DNA of 64,000 nucleotides from Candidatus Bathyarchaeota archaeon. Lineage in GTDB: Archaea > Thermoproteota > Bathyarchaeia > Hecatellales > Hecatellaceae. The notes under the pieces are model-generated. The model was not told where the DNA came from, did not search any database, and saw only the letters and a program-made list of their open reading frames with translations. Of this stretch, positions 10,555 through 21,108 are shown one piece after another. Position 1 is the stretch's first letter, and every line of letters starts with the position of its first letter. Location of the stretch: NCBI GenBank assembly GCA_052246995.1, contig JBQPWD010000002.1, positions 1 to 64,000 on the forward strand, given 5' to 3'. Position numbers and translations under genes: made by a program.

Positions 10555-11796
10555 ATGTTTAAGTTCTTTAAACTGGAAAACTTTTTTGGTGAGTTTTTGG
10601 TTTTAGATAGGACCAAACTTGAAAAATATTTAAACCTTCGTAGGGAGACCGTTGGCTATATAAACCTTAATCCTATTCAAAGAGGAGGTATTCTTAGTGA
10701 GGCTGCACGTAAAGCTTTAATTGAGTTTGGTGATGGGTACTCGATTTGTGATTGGTGTCCTCCTAAAACTCCAAGATTAGACCTTATTAAACGTCCACCA
10801 GTGTACGATTTTACTTTGGATGCTGCTGAGTTTCTTGGGATGGATGTTTTGCGTGTTGTAACTAGGTGTAGAGAAGCCAAGTTCATTGTTTTTCAGATGC
10901 TTGGTAAACCTGGTGATTACGTTATCGTTGATAGTTTAGCTCATTATTCAACTTATCTTGCAGCTGAGGCTGTAGGTTTAAAGGTTAAAGAAGTGTCAAA
11001 TACTGGTTATCCTGAATTTCGAGTTGAAACTGAAAAGTATGCTCAAAAAATTGAGGAGGTTAAAAGAGAGTCAGGTAAGCTTCCTGTTGCCGTTTTGCTA
11101 ACTCATGTTGACAGTTCATATGGTAATCTTAGTGATGTTGTAAGTGTAGCTAAAATTTGTCGTGAATACGATGTTCCTTTAATTCTTAATGCCGCATATA
11201 CTGCTGGAGTTATGCCTGTAGATGGGAAAAGTTTGGGTGTTGATGTTTTAGTTGGTAGTGGACATAAAAGTTGGGCTGCAAGTGCACCAACAGGTATTCT
11301 TGCAATGTCTAAGGAGATGGTTGATAAAATTCTTGTTAAATCTAAGATTGTTGGAGATTGGAGTGGTAGACGTTTTCCTATTAAGGAGGTTGCACTTTTA
11401 GGTTGTACTGTTATGGGTGCTCCATTAATAAGTTTGATGGCATCTTTTCCCTATGTGGTTGAAAGGGTTAAAAATTGGGATGAAGAGGTTAAAAAGGCTA
11501 GATATCTTGTAGAAAAGCTTGAAAAAATAGAGGAAACAAGGCAGTTAGGTGTTAAACCTAAACAGCATACCTTAATTCATGTTGAATCTAAAGGCTTCTA
11601 CAAGGTTTCAAAAACTCATAAACGTAAAGGTTTTTTCCTGTATGAGGAGTTAAAAGATAAAGGTATAACTGGTATTCAACCAGGTTTAACAAAACATTTT
11701 AAACTTAACGTTTACGGATTAACATGGGATGAAGTAAAACATGTTTCTGAAAGCTTCATAGAAATAGCAAAAAAGTACGGTCTAAATGTAAGTTAA
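10555..11796 (+). CDS. pscS: Sep-tRNA:Cys-tRNA synthase (SepCysS); start possibly about 14 codons downstream
   Basis: INLNPIQRGG, GDGYSICDWC, AHYSTY, LNAAY, SGHKS (PLP lysine), LLGCT, GIQPGLT. Confidence 0.95.
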   Translation: MFKFFKLENFFGEFLVLDRTKLEKYLNLRRETVGYINLNPIQRGGILSEAARKALIEFGDGYSICDWCPPKTPRLDLIKRPPVYDFTLDAAEFLGMDVLRVVTRCREAKFIVFQMLGKPGDYVIVDSLAHYSTYLAAEAVGLKVKEVSNTGYPEFRVETEKYAQKIEEVKRESGKLPVAVLLTHVDSSYGNLSDVVSVAKICREYDVPLILNAAYTAGVMPVDGKSLGVDVLVGSGHKSWAASAPTGILAMSKEMVDKILVKSKIVGDWSGRRFPIKEVALLGCTVMGAPLISLMASFPYVVERVKNWDEEVKKARYLVEKLEKIEETRQLGVKPKQHTLIHVESKGFYKVSKTHKRKGFFLYEELKDKGITGIQPGLTKHFKLNVYGLTWDEVKHVSESFIEIAKKYGLNVS

Positions 11797-11853
11797 AAAA
11801 ATAATTAAGCTTAAATTTAACAGGTCAAGATAACTCACATAGAGCTGGAAAAA

Positions 11854-11931
11854 GGGTCCGTGGCGCAGCCAGGATAGCGCGGCAGCCTCCTAAGCTGTTG
11901 GTCGTGGGTTCAAATCCCACCGGACCCGCCA
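11854..11931 (+). tRNA. tRNA-Arg(CCT) with encoded CCA
   Basis: Acceptor GGGTCCG/CGGACCC, anticodon arm GCAGC-CTCCTAA-GCTGT, T arm GTGGG-TTCAAAT-CCCAC. Confidence 0.97.
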
Positions 11932-12009
11932 CTTTTCTGGTTTAAGTTTCTCTAAAGAGCTTGAATACCTTATTTTTTTAACTTAGTGGTTACCTAATCA
12001 ACGAAAATC

Positions 12010-12198
12010 TTACCTAAAGATGATGAGAGTCACACCCTCATCTTGGTGGATCGAAACATGGCATTCTGAAACCTTCCGCTTTATGAGTGTTCCATCAGCT
12101 AGAGTAAAATCATCTTCTCGTATAGGTTGAAGTCCAATTTTCTTCCCGACGTTTTCAGGAAGAACTGTGTAAAATCGACAAAACGTCAAAATAGTCAC
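12010..12198 (-). pseudogene. Fragment of a clan AA (retropepsin-like) aspartyl protease
   Basis: YTVLPE..GKKIGL.P.RE..FTLADGT...RKVSEC matches the family core; the catalytic D[ST]G upstream and the C-terminal LLG motif are missing; lies just 3' of tRNA-Arg. Confidence 0.65.
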
Positions 12199-12314
12199 TT
12201 TAGGAAAGCTTTACCCGAACAAGCTCTCCAAAACATTAAAGAAAAACAGAAAGCAGAAAAGCTTACTTAAGTGAAGCTTCAAATATAATTTTAAAGAATT
12301 TAAGTTGAAGGTGG

Positions 12315-13178
12315 TTGTGGTTGAGTTTTAAGATTAAAAAGATTTGTGTTGTTGGTGCTGGTGTTATGGGTTCAGGAATAGCCCAGATATGTGCCCAAGC
12401 AGGATTTGAAGTGAATTTATATGATATAAAACAAGAGTTTGTTGAAAAAGGTCTTAACAATATAAAGGGAAACTTAAAAAGGTCAGTAGAAAAAGGAAGA
12501 ATTTCTCAGGAAGAAGCTGATAAAATTCTTGGAAAAATAGTTACAACTATAAACCTTAAAGAGGTTGTTAAAGACGTTGATTTTGTTATTGAGGCAGCAC
12601 CTGAAAACATGGAGGTAAAAAGGCAGGTTTTTAAAGATTTAGATAATTTTTCTCCAAAACATGCAATTTTAGCTTCTAATACTTCAAGTTTAAGTATCAC
12701 TGAAATAGCTTCGGTAACAAGTAGACCTGACAAAGTTGTTGGTATGCATTTTTTCAACCCTGCACCAATAATGAAGCTTGTGGAAGTTGTAAAAGGCCAG
12801 CTTACCTCAGAAGAAACAGTAACCATTGTAAAAGATTTAGCTAAAAAACTTGGTAAAACACCTGTTGAATGCAAGGATTCTCCAGGATTTATAGCTAACA
12901 GGATCTGCATTCCTATGATAAACGAGGCTATAATAGTTTTACAAGAAGGCGTTGCTTCAAAAGAAGATATAGACCTTGCAGTTAAGCTTGGCTATAACCA
13001 TCCAATGGGCCCACTTGAACTTGCAGACTTAATAGGTTTAGACACTTTACTGGCAATCATGGAAACCTACTATAAAGAGTTTAACGACCCAAAATATAAG
13101 CCTGCCTTGTTACTAAAACAGATGGTTAGGGCTGGTTTACTTGGTAGAAAAACTGGTAAGGGATTCTACCAATACTAA
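12315..13178 (+). CDS. hbd: 3-hydroxybutyryl-CoA / 3-hydroxyacyl-CoA dehydrogenase
   Basis: GAGVMGSG, IEAAPE, SNTSS, GMHFFNP, PGFIANR, HPMGPL. Confidence 0.93.
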   Translation: MWLSFKIKKICVVGAGVMGSGIAQICAQAGFEVNLYDIKQEFVEKGLNNIKGNLKRSVEKGRISQEEADKILGKIVTTINLKEVVKDVDFVIEAAPENMEVKRQVFKDLDNFSPKHAILASNTSSLSITEIASVTSRPDKVVGMHFFNPAPIMKLVEVVKGQLTSEETVTIVKDLAKKLGKTPVECKDSPGFIANRICIPMINEAIIVLQEGVASKEDIDLAVKLGYNHPMGPLELADLIGLDTLLAIMETYYKEFNDPKYKPALLLKQMVRAGLLGRKTGKGFYQY

Positions 13179-13206
13179 AAATTGGTTAATGTGAAGTTAG
13201 ATATTG

Positions 13207-14331
13207 TTAGGAAATTTTTTCTGCTATTGCCTTTCCAATCTCGGATGTTGAGGAATTACCACCCATTTCTCTTGGTTTAACCTTACCTTCAATCAAAACA
13301 TCCCTAACAGCCTTATCTATTGCGTTTGCAGCCTCATTTTCACCTAAATGTTCAAGCATAAGTTTTGCGGCTAAAATTGTTGCAATAGGGTTAGCTACAC
13401 CCTTCCCAGCATACTTTGGTGCAGAACCATGAATAGGTTCAAACATGGAAACACCTTCAGGGTTGATGTTTCCACCAGGCGCAAACCCCATCCCTCCCTG
13501 AATTATGGCACCAAGGTCAGTTAATATATCTCCAAACATGTTTGGTGTAACAACAACATCAAAATTTTCAGGATTCTTAACAAACCACATAGCTGTAGCG
13601 TCAACAAATGCAAATTCGGTCTCGATTTCAGGATAATCTCTTGAAACCTCCATAAAAACATCCCGCCAAAGACCGTAAATTTCACTTAAAACGTTTGCCT
13701 TGTCAACTGAAGTTACACGTTTTAATCCTTTTTTTCTACAAAATTCAAACGCATAACGAATAACTCTTTCCGCACCCTTTCTGCTGATAACACCTACCTG
13801 ATAAGCAAACTCTTCAGGCTTATCTGCCGAAGCTTTAACGTCAAACCTTAAACTGTAAAGTTTACGTTCAATGGTTAGGCTAGCCTTATATACGTCAGAT
13901 TTAAACCTACCACCCAAACCAACATACAAATCTTCAGTGTTCTCTCTGACAACATAAAAGTTGATATCTTCCATCTTTTTATCTTTAAGCGGTGTTTCAA
14001 CGTTGGGATATAAAGTTACAGGTCTAAGATTTATATACTGGTCAAAATAAAACCTCAACTTTAAAAGTAAACCTTTCTCCAAAATTCCAGGTGGAACTTC
14101 AGGATGTCCAACAGCTCCAAGGTAGATGGCATTCATCCTTTCCATTTCTTTTAATGCTTCATCAGGCAAAATTTCTCCAGTTTTAAGGTAGTGATTTCCA
14201 CTATAAGGGTAGTTTTTAAAATCAAACTTCACATTGTAAACTTTACTAACAGCATCTAAAACTCTTAACCCCTCATTAATAACCTCAGGCCCAATACCAT
14301 CTCCAGGAATTACTGCTATACGATACCTCAT
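13207..14331 (-). CDS. leuB: 3-isopropylmalate / beta-decarboxylating dehydrogenase
   Basis: [41 protein letters not shown]; divergent from the leuA-like gene. Confidence 0.85.
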   Translation of the reverse strand: MRYRIAVIPGDGIGPEVINEGLRVLDAVSKVYNVKFDFKNYPYSGNHYLKTGEILPDEALKEMERMNAIYLGAVGHPEVPPGILEKGLLLKLRFYFDQYINLRPVTLYPNVETPLKDKKMEDINFYVVRENTEDLYVGLGGRFKSDVYKASLTIERKLYSLRFDVKASADKPEEFAYQVGVISRKGAERVIRYAFEFCRKKGLKRVTSVDKANVLSEIYGLWRDVFMEVSRDYPEIETEFAFVDATAMWFVKNPENFDVVVTPNMFGDILTDLGAIIQGGMGFAPGGNINPEGVSMFEPIHGSAPKYAGKGVANPIATILAAKLMLEHLGENEAANAIDKAVRDVLIEGKVKPREMGGNSSTSEIGKAIAEKIS

Positions 14332-14468
14332 CGCTCTAACCCAAGCTTTTGGCTATACTTCTTAAAAAACATTCAAATTTAAAAGTTTACTTAAAACTTT
14401 TATTAGTAACGTCCTATTTTTAAGATAAAAAACTTTTTAAACACGCTAAAATAATCAACTATACATCA

Positions 14469-15980
14469 ATGGACTCAAACTATATTAGAATCTTTGATAC
14501 AACACTTAGAGATGGGGAGCAAACACCAGGCATAGCCTTAACTCCGCAGGACAAACTTATTATTGCAAGACAACTTGATATGCTTGGTGTTGATGTTATT
14601 GAAGCAGGTTTTCCATCAACCTCTCAAGGTGAGGTTGAGGCTGTAAAGCTTATAGCTAAAGATGGACTTAATGCTGAAATATGCGGATTATCAAGAACAA
14701 CAAAAGAGGATATTGATGCCTCACTTACGTGTGATGTTAAATCTATCCATATATTTATAGCAACTTCCCCCCTTCATCTTAAGTACAAGCTTCACTTAAC
14801 AGAAGATCAAGTTTTGGATAACGTTATCAAATCTGTAGAGTATGCTAAAAAGCATGGTGTTATTGTTGAATTTTCAGCTGAAGATGCAACTAGAACAGAT
14901 TTTTCCTTTCTGAAAAAGGTTTATCATGTTGCTGTTGACTGTGGAGCTGACAGAATAAATGTTCCAGATACGGTTGGAGTAATGACTCCTAAAAGAATGA
15001 GCCTGCTTATTGGCGAACTTAAAAAAGAGTTTAACATACCTATAAGTGTTCACTGTCACAATGATTTTGGTATGGCTGTCGCAAACTCCCTTACAGCTGT
15101 TGAGGCAGGAGCGTCTCAAATACATGTAACCGTTAATGGTTTGGGTGAGAGAGCTGGAAATGCAGCATTAGAAGAGGTTGTAATGGCTTTATACTCTTTC
15201 TACGGTAAAAAAACAAGGATTAACACAAGACTAATTTATGAAACATCCCGACTAGTTTCTAAGCTTACAGGAATCAGAATACCTCCAAACAAGCCTATTG
15301 TTGGTGAAAATGCTTTTGCACATGAATCTGGAATTCATACACGTGGAGTTGTTGAAATGCCTGCAACATACGAACCTATAAGTCCCGAGCTTGTTGGAAG
15401 AAAAACGCTACTTGTTCCAGGTAAACATGCTGGATCTCATGGGTTAAGAAAAGAAGTGGAAGAACTTGGTTTTCACCCAACAGAAGATCAGATGAAACAG
15501 ATTCTTCTTAAGGTTAAAGAAATGGGTGATCAAGGTAAAATGGTGACAACAACAGACTTAATCGCAATAGCAAGCTCAGTCTGTGGAAAATTTTTGGAAG
15601 AACCTCAAATCGTAAGCTTAAAAGATTTAACAGTAGTTACCGGAAGCAACGCTATACCAACAGCTTCAGTTAGACTTATTCTTGAAGGTAAAGAGTATAT
15701 CTCATCTGAAACTGGAGTTGGACCTGTTGACGCAGCAATAAAGGCTATTAGTAAGGTGACGGATGCCATTATAAATGTTAGACTTAAAGAGTTTAGGCTG
15801 GAAGCCCTAACAGGCGGCTCTGAGGCTGCAGCTGAAGTTATTGTTAAGGTTGAAGACGCGGATGGAAGAATAGTTTCAGCTAGGGCGGTAAACAACGATA
15901 TTGTTATGGCTAGTGTTAAAGCAATGATTAACGGTATAAACAGGCTTCTTCAACTTAAAAAAACCAAAAACCTAGTTTAA
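14469..15980 (+). CDS. leuA: 2-isopropylmalate synthase (or citramalate synthase) with C-terminal regulatory domain
   Basis: [33 protein letters not shown]. Confidence 0.88.
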   Translation: MDSNYIRIFDTTLRDGEQTPGIALTPQDKLIIARQLDMLGVDVIEAGFPSTSQGEVEAVKLIAKDGLNAEICGLSRTTKEDIDASLTCDVKSIHIFIATSPLHLKYKLHLTEDQVLDNVIKSVEYAKKHGVIVEFSAEDATRTDFSFLKKVYHVAVDCGADRINVPDTVGVMTPKRMSLLIGELKKEFNIPISVHCHNDFGMAVANSLTAVEAGASQIHVTVNGLGERAGNAALEEVVMALYSFYGKKTRINTRLIYETSRLVSKLTGIRIPPNKPIVGENAFAHESGIHTRGVVEMPATYEPISPELVGRKTLLVPGKHAGSHGLRKEVEELGFHPTEDQMKQILLKVKEMGDQGKMVTTTDLIAIASSVCGKFLEEPQIVSLKDLTVVTGSNAIPTASVRLILEGKEYISSETGVGPVDAAIKAISKVTDAIINVRLKEFRLEALTGGSEAAAEVIVKVEDADGRIVSARAVNNDIVMASVKAMINGINRLLQLKKTKNLV

Positions 15981-18403
15981 ACAACAAAGTACACTTCGTC
16001 TAAAACATCAAGTTTATCCTTCATATCCTTTTCAGGCTTACCAAAAACTATTTTCACAATTTTATGCATAGCTTTTAGGTCTTCTTCAAATGGTTTAAGG
16101 TTTTCTGGCACATAAACAATCTTAATTTTTTCATTTAAAGCCAGATTTTTACTTTTCTTATACCTCCAAACTGTTGAATTGAACTCCATAAAACCATTAA
16201 GAAGCTTCCCATGCTCGTTAAGCCATTCATCCCTTGGCTGTGGAAATTCTTCAAGATGAATAGATTTTTCCGAGTAAAGTCTAGTCCAGATTGCTTCAGT
16301 GATAAATGGACATATTGGTGCTAAAAGCTTAATAACTGTTTTAAGGCATAAATGTAAAGTTTTCCATGCTCCAATTTGTTCTTCAGTATTAAAGTTTTTA
16401 TCAAGGTTGTATGCTCTAGCTTTTACGGCTTCAACATAATGGTCTGCAAAAACATTCCAAACAAAGTTTCTTAACGTGTTTGCGGGGATAAAAAAGTCCA
16501 TTTGCTCGTAACCCTCAACACACTCTTTGACAATATTGTAAAGTTCATCAAGAATCATGTAGTCTAATGGTCTAAGCTTAACGTTTTCACTACTTTCAAC
16601 AACTGGAAATTGTGAGATAAATCTTGCAACATTCCAAAGCTTTGTAAGAAACCTAAACGAACCTTCAAGCCTTTCTTTACTAAACCTGTAATTTGAACCA
16701 AGTTTAGCTTCAGACGCTCCCCAAAGTCTAAATGCATCTGCTCCGTACTTCTCAATGTAAGGTTCAGGCCAAACAATATTCCCCTTCGATTTATGCATAG
16801 CTTCACCATGCTCATCTAAACCCATTCCAGATATTCTAACATATTTAAAGGCTGGTGCAGAAAGTAGTTGAAAGGTTCGAAGTATGGAATAGTAAAGCCA
16901 TGTTCTCACAATATCTGACCCTTGAGGCCTCAAAGAACATGGAAAACATTTTTGGAAAAGATTTTCACTCCAACCATAACCTAGAATATATAACTGACTT
17001 ATACTTGAATCCATCCATGTGTCAAATGTTCTAGCTTCCCCCATAAACTCGGTAGAGCCACACTCACACTTCTCAGTTGGAGGTCTTTCCCGCCATGGTT
17101 GATAATATCCGCCTTTCGGCGGAACATAAGCTTTCCCGCATTTAGCACAATACCATAAAGGTATTTCTGTACCATAAAATCTTCTTCTAGAGATAGGCCA
17201 ATCTGTTACTATCGAGTTGACCCAGCTTATTAAAAGATTTTTAGACTCTGGCGGGTAAAACCTTATTTCTTCTATAACCTCTTTTAAACGTTGGATAAAC
17301 GGTAATTGTTTTAAGTAATATTCCTCCATGAATATAAATTCGACAGGATTTTTTGACCTCCAACATATAGGTACCGAATGTTTAATTCTCTCTTTTTTGA
17401 TAAGCAACCCAAGTTTTTCCAAGTCTTCAACAATTTTTTCTCTAGCCTCCTTAACAGACAAACCTTCATATGCACCTGCAACCTTATTCATTTTTCCATC
17501 CTTTGTAATTGCTATGGTTGGTTGTAACCCTAATTCCCTAAAAATTCTAATGTCTGTGTAATCTCCAAAAGAACATATCATCGCTAAACCTGAACCAAAT
17601 TCAGGTTTAGCATAGCTGCTTGCCTTAATAGGAACTTTTTGATTGTAAATTGGTGTTATAGCGTGTTTTCCATTTAAATGTAGATACCTTTTGTCTTCAG
17701 GGTTAAATATAACCATTTTACATGTGCATAAAAGTTCAGGTCTTGTAGTTGCTATCGTTATATTTTCACCTGTATCTTCAACCTTAAAGTTTATGTAGTA
17801 AAGCCATGTATCCTTTTCAACATATTCAAGTTCCGCGTCAGCAATAGTTGTTCCACAAACAGGACACCAGTTTGTTGGACGATTATCTGAGTATATCAAG
17901 TTTTTATTCCAAAGCTCTATAAAAGTCTCCTGTGTAACCTTTCTATACTCTGGACTATCGGTTCGATAAATGTTTTTAAAGTCACAACTCATTCCAAGCC
18001 TTTTAGCTATAGACACAATTTCTTTTTCAACATTATCCAAAAAATCTTTACAAATTTTTAAGAATCTTTCTCTTTCAACATTGTGGATAGAAATACCCAG
18101 CTTTTTTTCAACCTCAACCTCTACAGGTAAACCATTTCTATCTATTCCAAAAGAAAACAAAACTTCAAAACCCTTCATTCTGAAGTATCTTGCAACCATA
18201 TCTATCTGACTGTAATGTACAGCCCCACCAACATGCCACCTCCCGGAAGCATAAGGTGGTGGTGTATCAATACTAAAAATAGGCTTTTTAGTGTCCTCAT
18301 TAAACTGGTAAGTTTTCTCCTTTTCCCACCTTTCTAAAATTTCAACTTCCATCCTAGGATTCCATCTTTTTTCCTCTATTCTTGGTTTAAACTCAACCAT
18401 CAA
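15977..18403 (-). CDS. valS: Valine--tRNA ligase
   Basis: FSIDTPPPY, HVGG (HIGH-like), ATTRPELL, DWPISRRR, DTWMDSS, AMHKS (KMSKS-like). Confidence 0.95.
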   Translation of the reverse strand: MMVEFKPRIEEKRWNPRMEVEILERWEKEKTYQFNEDTKKPIFSIDTPPPYASGRWHVGGAVHYSQIDMVARYFRMKGFEVLFSFGIDRNGLPVEVEVEKKLGISIHNVERERFLKICKDFLDNVEKEIVSIAKRLGMSCDFKNIYRTDSPEYRKVTQETFIELWNKNLIYSDNRPTNWCPVCGTTIADAELEYVEKDTWLYYINFKVEDTGENITIATTRPELLCTCKMVIFNPEDKRYLHLNGKHAITPIYNQKVPIKASSYAKPEFGSGLAMICSFGDYTDIRIFRELGLQPTIAITKDGKMNKVAGAYEGLSVKEAREKIVEDLEKLGLLIKKERIKHSVPICWRSKNPVEFIFMEEYYLKQLPFIQRLKEVIEEIRFYPPESKNLLISWVNSIVTDWPISRRRFYGTEIPLWYCAKCGKAYVPPKGGYYQPWRERPPTEKCECGSTEFMGEARTFDTWMDSSISQLYILGYGWSENLFQKCFPCSLRPQGSDIVRTWLYYSILRTFQLLSAPAFKYVRISGMGLDEHGEAMHKSKGNIVWPEPYIEKYGADAFRLWGASEAKLGSNYRFSKERLEGSFRFLTKLWNVARFISQFPVVESSENVKLRPLDYMILDELYNIVKECVEGYEQMDFFIPANTLRNFVWNVFADHYVEAVKARAYNLDKNFNTEEQIGAWKTLHLCLKTVIKLLAPICPFITEAIWTRLYSEKSIHLEEFPQPRDEWLNEHGKLLNGFMEFNSTVWRYKKSKNLALNEKIKIVYVPENLKPFEEDLKAMHKIVKIVFGKPEKDMKDKLDVLDEVYFVV

Positions 18404-18427
18404 CGTTCTAACCCTAAACCTTCTATA

Positions 18428-19246
18428 TTATTTAAAAAAGCTTGTTAAGTCTTTCTTCTTTTCTTCCTCAACTTCAAAATCCAGATGCATACCATCATAT
18501 GCTGCAATTGTAGGTATGCCTGTTTGTTTTTCGATATAGTTTGCTTCAACATTGGGATTTGCGTTAACAATCATTTTCATTCCAAAGTGTGTTATTATAA
18601 CCTTTTTAGGTTTAGCTTCATCAACAATTTTTACAGCGTCATCTACCGACATATGCCATTTTAACGGAGATTTTTGTGGCCTCATAGTACATAAAATTAA
18701 AACATCAATATTGGCATATCTTTTGCCTAAATCTTCAAAGTATTCTGTATCTGAAGTATATCCTACAGTTTTTCCGGAAGGAAACCTTAGCTTAAAGCCT
18801 ATAGTGTCAGGGTCGTAGTGAACTGCCTTAACAGCCTCCACCTCAACCTCCAAGTACTCATATTTTTCCCCATCTCTTAACTCTACAACCTCTTCAGGTA
18901 GATTTTTATGGTATTTCGAAATTGCAGGTCCACATACCTCATTACCTGATATTACACTTTTTGCACAAATAAGGCATCCAGTTTTTTTAAAAGCCCCTAA
19001 AGTCATGGCTTCAACAAGAACCTCGCCATCCGTGTAATGGTCTGGATGTGCATGGGAAATCAAAATCATGTTAATCTTTTTCGGGTCAAGCTTACTCATA
19101 AGTGAGTATACTAATGCTCCTGGGCCAGGGTCGATATGAACGTTTATTTTTTCCTCTTTTGAGATTATTCTTAAACCTCCAGTTCTTCTTTGCTGAGTTA
19201 TAATTGAAAATCTTCCACCACCAGTACCAAGAAAAGTTATCTTCAT
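18428..19246 (-). CDS. Metallo-beta-lactamase fold hydrolase
   Basis: FLGTGGGR, IDPGPG, SHAHPDH, YTSDT, ITHFG. Confidence 0.9.
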   Translation of the reverse strand: MKITFLGTGGGRFSIITQQRRTGGLRIISKEEKINVHIDPGPGALVYSLMSKLDPKKINMILISHAHPDHYTDGEVLVEAMTLGAFKKTGCLICAKSVISGNEVCGPAISKYHKNLPEEVVELRDGEKYEYLEVEVEAVKAVHYDPDTIGFKLRFPSGKTVGYTSDTEYFEDLGKRYANIDVLILCTMRPQKSPLKWHMSVDDAVKIVDEAKPKKVIITHFGMKMIVNANPNVEANYIEKQTGIPTIAAYDGMHLDFEVEEEKKKDLTSFFK

Positions 19247-19278
19247 AAGTTTAGGATAAAACTTTAAAATGTTTAAAG

Positions 19279-19911
19279 TTAACCTTTAAACCTACAAAGA
19301 TTTACTTTTATCTCTTCATTCTCAATCCTAACTTCAGCATAATGTCCTCTGTAAACAGGTCCAGGGTTACAGATAACAGTTTTCCCTATATAGTCTACGC
19401 CTGGAGATTCATGTACATGGCCACATAACACCGCCTTTGGTTTAAACTTCTCAACAACAACCCGCACTGCAGGGTCACCTATATGGTTTCCGTTCCATGT
19501 AACGTCAACTTTACAATTGTAAGGTGGAATATGTGTTATAACTATTGTTAAATTTTTAAACATGTCAAGACTGCTTAATACTGTGCTAAGAATCTCCTCA
19601 AGGTTTTCTTCAAAGCCTGCACCAACAAAGCATATATCCTTAATGGTAACCTTTCTACCGTGAAGATTTATCCCCAAATTACTTAAAACATTTACTATCT
19701 TCGGAGGGTCCATGTTTCCAGGAACATAAAGCACAGGAACGCCAGTTTCAACTAGTGTTTTCATAATTTTTTTGGCATTTTCAAGTATCCAGTGGCTTGA
19801 AATATCTCCACAAATAACTATACAGTCAAATTTTTCCGAGATGGCTAATTCTCTAATTTTTTCAGCAGGTTTAATATTTCCATGATAGTCTGATGTCACA
19901 ATAATCCTCAA
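19279..19911 (-). CDS. Icc-like metallophosphoesterase
   Basis: SDYHG, CGDI, PGNMD, THIPP, CGHVHE, NPG. Confidence 0.9.
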   Translation of the reverse strand: MRIIVTSDYHGNIKPAEKIRELAISEKFDCIVICGDISSHWILENAKKIMKTLVETGVPVLYVPGNMDPPKIVNVLSNLGINLHGRKVTIKDICFVGAGFEENLEEILSTVLSSLDMFKNLTIVITHIPPYNCKVDVTWNGNHIGDPAVRVVVEKFKPKAVLCGHVHESPGVDYIGKTVICNPGPVYRGHYAEVRIENEEIKVNLCRFKG

Positions 19912-20033
19912 CTTTCTTCTTAATCATTAAGTTTAAAGGTTTAAAATATTTTTACCGAACTCTCCAACTTAAATATCCACATTTACTACTAAACCTAGTG
20001 TACAGGAAAATGTTTCATTAAAGAGGGAGTTTT

Positions 20034-21107
20034 GTGTTTAAAGGTTTAGAAGAATGCGTTGAAAGCATGAAGCAATATCTGGAGGAAGGATTGGTTAGGA
20101 AGAATTCTCAGGTTGAAGACTACCATGTTGAGGAGGAAAAAGTTTATTTTGAAGACCTTGACCCTAAAAAGTTTTACACTTTTACCCCAGTTAAACCTCG
20201 CTCAAAAATCTTGGCTGTTGATGTTTCAACCTACACCATACTTCCAGGTATGTGTTGGCGAATAAAAGCTGCACGCGTGGCTTACGTTTTACTTGAGTGT
20301 ATGAATGGTGAGGTAAAGCTTGCTGAAGAAGGTTATGAGGACCATGTTTTCCCTGTTAAATCTAAGTCACCAAGCGAAGTTGATAAAAGTATAAACTTTC
20401 AGGTTTGGGAGAAACTTAGAAACCTTGAAAGTAGAATGATTTTAATTAAAATTGAAATGTTAGATGAGGATGACATCTGTTTACTTGATGGGGCTGCCTA
20501 CTTTGCCACTAGAGATAGTAGGGTGGGAAGAGAATATTCTACCAACGCTGTTTACCCTCGTGAGATATATGATAAATGTAAAAACCTTGGTGTAAGACTT
20601 ATTGCAATACCCAAACATGTAAAACATTTTGATGGTAAAGGTAGAGAGTTTAGGTCGGTAGTTTTTTCCTATGCAAACAAGATTAACCCAAAAACCCGCT
20701 GGTTTTATTATCCGTTAAACCATCCTTCTAACGAGAAAATTCCAACTTTTCTTGCAAAGTCCTGCTGGGCAAAGTTTTCTCCTGAAGCTTTAAGAATTTT
20801 TAGATGTGATGTTGCTGACTACCTTATTGAAAGATTTGAAGTTGAGGGTGTAAGTAGAACAATTTCTGAGCTTTCATACCTTTGTGATGATGCAAGATGC
20901 TATGGTTACCCCGCTCCACTCTACCTTGCGCATGAAAGAACAAGAATTCCTGAAGCAAAGCTTTTAGAAATCGAAGAAGCCGTCTTTTCCGCTCTTAGAA
21001 AAGAGGGAGTTCTTGATCAGCTTTTATGTGAAGCTGAAATTTCGCATTTTAGAGTAAAACAGCTTCTCAATATTTTACATTACTACCAGATTTTTGAGAT
21101 AGCGTGA
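20034..21107 (+). CDS. nurA: NurA-family 5'-3' nuclease
   Basis: ILAVDVS, LLDGA, C-terminal GYPAPLYLAHE; directly upstream of a HerA-like ATPase. Confidence 0.8.
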   Translation: MFKGLEECVESMKQYLEEGLVRKNSQVEDYHVEEEKVYFEDLDPKKFYTFTPVKPRSKILAVDVSTYTILPGMCWRIKAARVAYVLLECMNGEVKLAEEGYEDHVFPVKSKSPSEVDKSINFQVWEKLRNLESRMILIKIEMLDEDDICLLDGAAYFATRDSRVGREYSTNAVYPREIYDKCKNLGVRLIAIPKHVKHFDGKGREFRSVVFSYANKINPKTRWFYYPLNHPSNEKIPTFLAKSCWAKFSPEALRIFRCDVADYLIERFEVEGVSRTISELSYLCDDARCYGYPAPLYLAHERTRIPEAKLLEIEEAVFSALRKEGVLDQLLCEAEISHFRVKQLLNILHYYQIFEIA

Positions 21108-21108
21108 G

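Noticed and set aside
12020-12069. ATGATGA...CTGA as a third C/D sRNA
   Set aside because: No internal D'/C' boxes or recognisable guide; the sequence is explained by the antisense protease fragment
19279-19911. Metallophosphoesterase as Mre11 of the NurA-HerA locus
   Set aside because: Only 210 aa with Icc-like motifs, no capping domain, divergent orientation and no Rad50
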